A DNA stretch of 64,000 bases, taken from assembly GCA_965240465.1 (NCBI GenBank), contig OZ251219.1:32001-96000 (forward strand), in the 5' to 3' direction. The DNA comes from a bacterium (GTDB taxonomy: Bacteria > SAR324 > JACQKK01). Position 1 is the stretch's first letter; the number at the start of each line of letters is the position of its first letter. Both the position numbers and the translations under genes were made by a program. The notes under the pieces are model-generated. The model was given only the letters and a program-made list of their open reading frames with translations. It had not been told where the DNA came from and ran no database searches. This document shows positions 58,253-64,000 of the stretch, one piece after another.

Positions 58253-59272
58253 ATGGCATCACCTTTATTTCCTTCAGCTATCTTTCCCGCTGTTCGCAAG
58301 CGGAGATTGCGTGAAAACCCAACCTTGCGTTGTATGGTGCGTGAAAATAATCTTCAGGCTAGCCAGCTTATTCTCCCCTTGTTTGTGGTTCATGGAAAAC
58401 AAATACGTAAAATAATTGCTTCTATGCCAGAGGTGTTTCGCCTTTCTGTCGACCAAATTGCTAAAGAAGCTACCCGGGCATGGAAGGTAGGCATCAAGTC
58501 AGTAATCTTATTCGGTGTTCCTGAGAAAAAAGATGAACAAGGACGCCATGCCACCGACCCCGAGGGACTCATTCCTCAAGCCATCAGAGCCATAAAATTG
58601 CAATTGCCTGACATGGTAGTCATCACCGATGTTTGTCTTTGTGAGTGGCTATCTCACGGACACTGCGGCTTGGTAAAACAAGAACGCGTTCTTAACGATG
58701 CTACTTTGCCTGTACTCAATAGAATGGCTTTGGCACACGCTAGAGCTGGGGCTGACATGGTAGCCCCTTCGGATATGATGGATGGACGCGTGGAAGCAAT
58801 GAGAAAGTACTTGGACAAAGAAGGGGCCTCTCACATTCCAATAATGTCCTATTCTGCAAAATTTGCGTCTTCCTTTTATGGTCCATTTCGGGATGCCGCA
58901 GGAGGCAGCCCACAATTTGGCGACCGTTCTTCTTATCAAATGGATGTCGCCAACGGACGTGAAGCTGTTCACGAAGTTTTGTTAGACGTAGCTGAAGCTG
59001 CAGACATAGTGATGATCAAGCCAGCACTGCCTTGTTTGGACGTGATCCGCTCGGTGAGAGAGCTAGTGCTACTACCTTTGGCTGCCTATCAAGTTAGCGG
59101 TGAGTACGCCATGATCTGGGCTGCCGCAGAAAAAGGCTGGTTGGATTTAGAAAAAGCAATGCTAGAAACACTACTAGCCATCCGTAGGGCGGGAGCAGAT
59201 TTAATCCTGACCTACTTTGCCATCCGTGCGGCAGTTGTACTAAATAAAGAAGGCAAGCAATCCAAACCCTAG
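58253..59272 (+). CDS. hemB: Porphobilinogen synthase
   Basis: DVCLCEW..HGHCG Zn site, APSDMMDGRV, SSFYGPFRDAA, YQVSGEYAMI. Confidence 0.98.
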   Translation: MASPLFPSAIFPAVRKRRLRENPTLRCMVRENNLQASQLILPLFVVHGKQIRKIIASMPEVFRLSVDQIAKEATRAWKVGIKSVILFGVPEKKDEQGRHATDPEGLIPQAIRAIKLQLPDMVVITDVCLCEWLSHGHCGLVKQERVLNDATLPVLNRMALAHARAGADMVAPSDMMDGRVEAMRKYLDKEGASHIPIMSYSAKFASSFYGPFRDAAGGSPQFGDRSSYQMDVANGREAVHEVLLDVAEAADIVMIKPALPCLDVIRSVRELVLLPLAAYQVSGEYAMIWAAAEKGWLDLEKAMLETLLAIRRAGADLILTYFAIRAAVVLNKEGKQSKP

Positions 59273-59317
59273 AAAGGGAGGTTCTTCACCTCTGGCAAAT
59301 AACCCCTGTCTTCCTAA

Positions 59318-59677
59318 TTAATTGCACTGAATAACAACTGCGTCATATTCCCACATCTCTCCAGAGCCATAATCTTCCAGGGCATAAATGAATAAATTTA
59401 AAGCATTCAGCCAGAATAGACTAGAAACCTTTACAGGCACCACGGTAGAAGTAGCACAACCTTTTGTACTAGTAGAAATAATTAGGTCATTACGGTTACG
59501 GGATATTTTTACATCGCCAGGGCCACTGAATGAATACCCATTCACCTTGCCCACAAAAGGCTTACCGTTAGACGAAGTAATACTGACGGTTTGCAAATTT
59601 GAATTAAATAAGGTTGCACAAGAAGAACCAAGCAACATAACAAATACAGCTACTAAAGCGGTGAGTTTTAATTTCAT
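59318..59677 (-). CDS. Hypothetical lipoprotein, paralog 2
   Basis: Lipobox-like GSSC-ATLF; 98/119 aa identical to its neighbour by manual alignment. Confidence 0.85.
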   Translation of the reverse strand: MKLKLTALVAVFVMLLGSSCATLFNSNLQTVSITSSNGKPFVGKVNGYSFSGPGDVKISRNRNDLIISTSTKGCATSTVVPVKVSSLFWLNALNLFIYALEDYGSGEMWEYDAVVIQCN

Positions 59678-59690
59678 TTATTTCTCCTAA

Positions 59691-60050
59691 TTAGTTGCAC
59701 TGAATAACAACTGCGTCATATTCCCACATCTCTCCAGAGGCATAATCATCCAGGGCAGCAATGAATAAATTTAAAGCATTCAGCCAGAATATACTAGAAA
59801 CCTTTGCAGCCACCACGGTAGAAGCAACACAACCCTTTGTACTAGTATTAATAACTAAGTCATTACGGCTACGAGACACTTTTACCTGACCAGGGCCACT
59901 GAATGAATACCCATTCACCTTGCCCACAAAAGGCTTATTGTTTGATGCAGCAATACTGACGGTTTGCAAATTTGAATTAAATAAGGTTGCACAAGAAGAA
60001 CTAAACAACATAACAAATACAGTTGTTAAAGCCGTGAGTGTTAATTTCAT
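59691..60050 (-). CDS. Hypothetical lipoprotein, paralog 1
   Basis: FSSSC-ATLF; tandem duplicate with a 373-bp period. Confidence 0.85.
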   Translation of the reverse strand: MKLTLTALTTVFVMLFSSSCATLFNSNLQTVSIAASNNKPFVGKVNGYSFSGPGQVKVSRSRNDLVINTSTKGCVASTVVAAKVSSIFWLNALNLFIAALDDYASGEMWEYDAVVIQCN

Positions 60051-60150
60051 TTTTCTGCCTACTAGATAGATAATTTAACCCCCAGCAACAGGAGGAGTAC
60101 TCTGTGACCGCTACAGCATTGCAAAAACAATGTCAATAAATACATTCTTG

Positions 60151-60369
60151 CTATTTTTCGCGATAAGTAATTCTTCCCCGGCTAAGGTCATAAGGGGAAA
60201 CCTGCACTTTTACCTTATCCCCAGGCAAAATGCGAATGTAATGCATACGCATCTTACCTGAAATATGAGCTAACAGCTTATGGCCGTTTTCCAGCTCTAC
60301 TCTGAACATAGCATTAGGCAAAGATTCTTGTACAGTTCCTGCCATTTCAACGTGGTCTTCTTTGCTCAA
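60151..60369 (-). CDS. infA: Translation initiation factor IF-1
   Basis: [38 protein letters not shown]. Confidence 0.99.
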   Translation of the reverse strand: MSKEDHVEMAGTVQESLPNAMFRVELENGHKLLAHISGKMRMHYIRILPGDKVKVQVSPYDLSRGRITYREK

Positions 60370-60476
60370 ATGATGTTCCTAACTGGCAAACGAAAACGAA
60401 CCCCCACCGATCAAAGCATACCCAGCTATCAAAAAACAACCTCTAAGCCGAGTACGCTACTATGAATGACTAGAAT

Positions 60477-61130
60477 TTATGGTGAAATACCTTCAAAAAG
60501 CACTGCGATGCGTTCACTGACCTTATCCAACGAGCCATCTGCTTGAACAGTACGCAATAGTCCTTGCTGTTGATAAAACATTTTCAACGGCGAGGTGCTT
60601 TCTTGGTAAGCATCCAGACGGGTTTGCACGTTATCTGGATGATCATCTACCCTTTGGATTATGGTCGTTCGGCAAACTGGACAGGTATCTTTTTGTGGTG
60701 GAGGGTTAAATTCCACATGCCATTCGCCGTGGCCGTTGGGGCAGATCCTTCTACCAGATAATCGTTTCAACAGTAGATCTTGGTCCAGTTCAAAACTAAC
60801 CACAAAATCTAGAGATTTTTTCAGAGATGCTAATTTTTCCCCCATGGCTTCTGCTTGGGGAATTGTGCGGGGAAAGCCATCCAGAATGAATCCCAATGAA
60901 GCACTAGATTGCTGAATTCTATCTAAAATTAGATCAATCACAATTCTATCGGGTACTAGGAGGCCGCTGTCTAAAAACTTTTCTACCTCAATACCCAGAG
61001 GAGTTTTTTGTTTAATGGCTTCTCTCAAAAAATCGCCCGCAGACAATTGAGGGACACCAAAGCGCTTTTGCATACATTTGGCTTGGGTACCCTTTCCAGA
61101 TCCTGGTGGTCCTAAGAAGATCGTTCGCAT
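60477..61130 (-). CDS. adk: Adenylate kinase
   Basis: GPPGSGKGTQ, LDGFPRT, LID domain. Confidence 0.97.
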   Translation of the reverse strand: MRTIFLGPPGSGKGTQAKCMQKRFGVPQLSAGDFLREAIKQKTPLGIEVEKFLDSGLLVPDRIVIDLILDRIQQSSASLGFILDGFPRTIPQAEAMGEKLASLKKSLDFVVSFELDQDLLLKRLSGRRICPNGHGEWHVEFNPPPQKDTCPVCRTTIIQRVDDHPDNVQTRLDAYQESTSPLKMFYQQQGLLRTVQADGSLDKVSERIAVLFEGISP

Positions 61131-61178
61131 GGATTTTCAGCATATGTAAGGACAGAAAATTAACAGGCAGGAGATTAT

Positions 61179-62507
61179 TTATACCCTAAGGGTTCGCATT
61201 CCTGTTCGTTTTTTTCCTTTTTGCAGAAATCCGTCATAATTACGGTTAAGCAGGAAGGATTCCAATTGACGCATAGTATCTATGCCCACTCCAACTACAA
61301 TTAACAAAGCTGTGCCGCCAAAGAAAAAAGGAACATTAAGCAGATTAAATAGAATAACGGGCATCACACAAATGGTGGCTAAATAGATAGCACCTCCGAA
61401 AGTTATACGGGTGAGAACATGGTTGATATACTCGGCAGTTTTTTCACCAGGACGTATACCAGGGATATAGCCCCCAAAGCGTTTCATTTCATCTGATATT
61501 TTAACCGGGTTGAATTGAATAGCGGTGTAGAAATAACAGAAAAAGAAAATCATTATCACATATAGAAAATTATATAAAAAAGCGGTGGGAGAAAGTTGAG
61601 TGCTAATTTTCTGTACCCATGGGGCTTGAATAAAACTAGTGATGGTGGCAGGAAAAGCCAGTATTGAAGAAGCAAAAATAGGAGGAATAACACCCGCAGA
61701 ATTAATTTTCAGAGGGAGATGAGAGCTTTGACCTGCCATTACTTGTCTTCCTTGCTGCCTTTTGGCGTACTGGACGGTAATTTTGCGGATGGAGGTTTCC
61801 ATAAATATGATGGCAAAAACAACTGCAATCATAATCACTCCAATGGGGATAAGAATAATTGCACTGATCTCACCTGCTTGAACAAGACGTAAGGTATTCA
61901 ATATAGCAGTGGGGATAGAAGCCACAATTCCTGCAAAAATAATCATTGAAATGCCATTGCCGATTCCACGTTCGTTAATTTGCTCTCCGATCCACATTAA
62001 GAAAGCAGTGCCTGCAGTGAGAGTAATAACTGTTAGTAGTCTGAACCCCCAAATTGGCATCTCATCCAAGACAACAGGCACTCCCGTAGGAGCCGACATA
62101 CTTTGTAGCCCAACAGAAATGCCGAAGCTTTGCACTAAACTAAGCCCAATAGTGCTGTAGCGGGTGTAGCGGGTAATTTTCCTACGTCCAAGTTCTCCCT
62201 CACGGCTTAGTCTTTCTAGGTACGGAAAAACCACTGTGAATAGCTGTATGATGATAGACGCACTGATATAGGGAACGACCCCCAATGCAAATATTGTGAG
62301 TCTTTGCAAAGCACCGCCCGAGAAGAGATCAAAAAAATCAAAAATCCCTCCTGCCTGAGATTGGAAAAAAGCGGCCATGGCTTGTCTATCAATTCCTGGG
62401 GTGGGAATGTGTGCGCCAAGGCGGAAAACCATCAGCATCAAAAATACAAATATGATTCTGTTTCGCAGTTCTTCAATGCGAAGCACATCTCTAAAGGGAC
62501 CCAGCAT
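61179..62507 (-). CDS. secY: Preprotein translocase SecY
   Basis: FALGVVPYISASII, GIGNGISM, AGVIPPIFA, IPGIRPG, GGTALLIVVGV. Confidence 0.99.
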   Translation of the reverse strand: MLGPFRDVLRIEELRNRIIFVFLMLMVFRLGAHIPTPGIDRQAMAAFFQSQAGGIFDFFDLFSGGALQRLTIFALGVVPYISASIIIQLFTVVFPYLERLSREGELGRRKITRYTRYSTIGLSLVQSFGISVGLQSMSAPTGVPVVLDEMPIWGFRLLTVITLTAGTAFLMWIGEQINERGIGNGISMIIFAGIVASIPTAILNTLRLVQAGEISAIILIPIGVIMIAVVFAIIFMETSIRKITVQYAKRQQGRQVMAGQSSHLPLKINSAGVIPPIFASSILAFPATITSFIQAPWVQKISTQLSPTAFLYNFLYVIMIFFFCYFYTAIQFNPVKISDEMKRFGGYIPGIRPGEKTAEYINHVLTRITFGGAIYLATICVMPVILFNLLNVPFFFGGTALLIVVGVGIDTMRQLESFLLNRNYDGFLQKGKKRTGMRTLRV

Positions 62508-62548
62508 ACTTAATTTCTAGAAAGTAGGTTATTGGAAGAAGGATATGT

Positions 62549-63046
62549 CTATTTTTTATTAGACTCTTGTTGTAGGGATTTTTTAGTAGTTGGAAGTGCT
62601 TTTTTTATCACAATTGCTTGACCACCTGCAGCCTTAATTTTTTCTACCGCGGCACCGCTAAAATTATGAACATTGATGGTAATAGGTTGAGTGATATTCC
62701 CCATTGCCAAAAGCTTGACAGGTCGCTTGAGATTGCGGATAACACGGGCGTTTTGGAGATCTTGGGGGTGAATTTCTTTTTTGTTTACGAGATCTACATG
62801 CTGAAGGGTTCTGAGGTTGATGACCCAGTATCTAGTACGAAATAGGTGGTTATTAAAACCTCGTCTGGGGAGGCGTCTTCGCAGGGGAGTTTGTCCGCCT
62901 TCAAAGCCGGGAGCTACAGTACCTCTTGCGTGCTGGCCTTTTTGTCCTCTACCGCAGGTTTTACCGAGGGTGCTGGCACGTCCTCTACCTTTGCGTTGGG
63001 ATTTTTTTGTAGATGCGGGGGTGTTTCTTAAATTATGAAGTTCCAT
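62549..63046 (-). CDS. rplO: 50S ribosomal protein L15
   Basis: GKTCGRGQKGQ, GFEGGQTPL.RRLP.RGF. Confidence 0.97.
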   Translation of the reverse strand: MELHNLRNTPASTKKSQRKGRGRASTLGKTCGRGQKGQHARGTVAPGFEGGQTPLRRRLPRRGFNNHLFRTRYWVINLRTLQHVDLVNKKEIHPQDLQNARVIRNLKRPVKLLAMGNITQPITINVHNFSGAAVEKIKAAGGQAIVIKKALPTTKKSLQQESNKK

Positions 63047-63093
63047 GGTCTAATAAAGTATGCGGTTTAGATGTCTATGATTTTACAGATTTT

Positions 63094-63495
63094 TCACTTG
63101 TCTACTTTTGGGGTTGCCTTTGCTATTTTGGCACCAGTAGCTTGCTTGGCAGTGCCTCCCTTAGTAGTTGCCTTTTTGTTAGTCTCTTTTTCTGGAGAAC
63201 TTTTCTTAGGAGCATATTTTTTTTGATTAGATGCCCTTTGCGTTTGCATTTTTTTTAAAGTTTCCACTTTGGTAGAAACTTGTTCACTAGCAACTTTTGC
63301 ACCACTAGATACAGCTTCTCCTGTAACTTCTACCAGATGGCGTACCTTAAACAGCATCCCCTGTATTTGAGGAGTGTCCGTTATCTCTCTAATCTGATTA
63401 ATGCGATTCAATCCCAGTGATTTTAGGGTCTCTTTTTGCTGCTTGGCAAACCCGATAGCACTTTTTGTGAGCTTGATGCGAAGCTTTTTTTTCAT
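63094..63495 (-). CDS. rpmD: 50S ribosomal protein L30 with a long C-terminal extension
   Basis: KSAIG....K.T...LGL.RI......DTP...GM..KV.HLV followed by about 75 extra residues. Confidence 0.9.
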   Translation of the reverse strand: MKKKLRIKLTKSAIGFAKQQKETLKSLGLNRINQIREITDTPQIQGMLFKVRHLVEVTGEAVSSGAKVASEQVSTKVETLKKMQTQRASNQKKYAPKKSSPEKETNKKATTKGGTAKQATGAKIAKATPKVDK

Positions 63496-63530
63496 TGTTT
63501 GTAACTGTAATATAATGTAATAAAGGCAAC

Positions 63531-64000
63531 CTAAGTAGCAGATGTTTTAGCAGACTGTCGCAAACGATCTTCTGAAAAACCGCGTCGCTCTGCAATTTCC
63601 TTGAAAGTTTTTAATTCATAGAGTGCCCCCAGTGCGGCCTTCACGGAGTTATATGGATTGTTGCTACCCAGAGTTTTCACGCTGATATCGTGAATACCCA
63701 CCGCTTCCACTACAGCACGCAACACCCCAGATGAAATAATACCTCGCCCTGGCTGGCAAGGCTTAATTACAACCCTACTGGCACCAAAAGAAGCCCGCAC
63801 CGCATGCGGCACAGTCCGCCCATGAATGGCTACTTTTCTCATGTTGTGGGAGGCCTTTTGCACCCCTTTGCGTACGGCATCGGTGATTTCATTAGCTTTA
63901 CCTAGGGCACTCCCCACTTTCCCTTGACCATCTCCCACCACCACTAGAGCATTAAAACTAAACCGTCGCCCGCCCTTCACCACTTTAGCCACCCTATTAA
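63531..64000 (-). CDS. rpsE: 30S ribosomal protein S5, 5' end beyond window
   Basis: [29 protein letters not shown]. Confidence 0.98.
   Translation of the reverse strand, partial: NRVAKVVKGGRRFSFNALVVVGDGQGKVGSALGKANEITDAVRKGVQKASHNMRKVAIHGRTVPHAVRASFGASRVVIKPCQPGRGIISSGVLRAVVEAVGIHDISVKTLGSNNPYNSVKAALGALYELKTFKEIAERRGFSEDRLRQSAKTSAT

Overview
Bacterial chromosomal segment, mostly housekeeping genes. The proteins look deltaproteobacterial or SAR324-like, which is inference only. Housekeeping genes include ogt, gpmI, lon, yajC-secD-secF, manC, dprA, bamD, aroC, thiO, dapD, hemF, yejB/E-like permeases, dxs, class II ribonucleotide reductase, lpxD-dapA, mlaE/mlaD and hemB. The str/S10 and spc ribosomal clusters are fragmented: rplC is missing between rpsJ and rplD, nothing follows rplB, and rpmJ/rpsM do not follow infA. 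Main observations: (1) G-vs-C skew forms a kilobase-scale sawtooth that is independent of coding strand and is visible in protein composition. (2) A tRNA-Ser(CGA) integration hotspot has an 86-bp direct repeat enclosing a 662-bp integrase-less unit with a mini GIY-YIG nuclease and a start-less excisionase-like HTH gene, followed by a COG2958/HrgA-like nuclease. (3) A sigma70 promoter plus CIRCE operator sits in front of a 61-aa SutA-like protein rather than a chaperone. (4) A strong hairpin with a C-rich loop is a candidate sRNA. (5) A DUF62 SAM-cleaving enzyme has an altered active-site motif. All family assignments come from motif recognition by eye; no searches were run.
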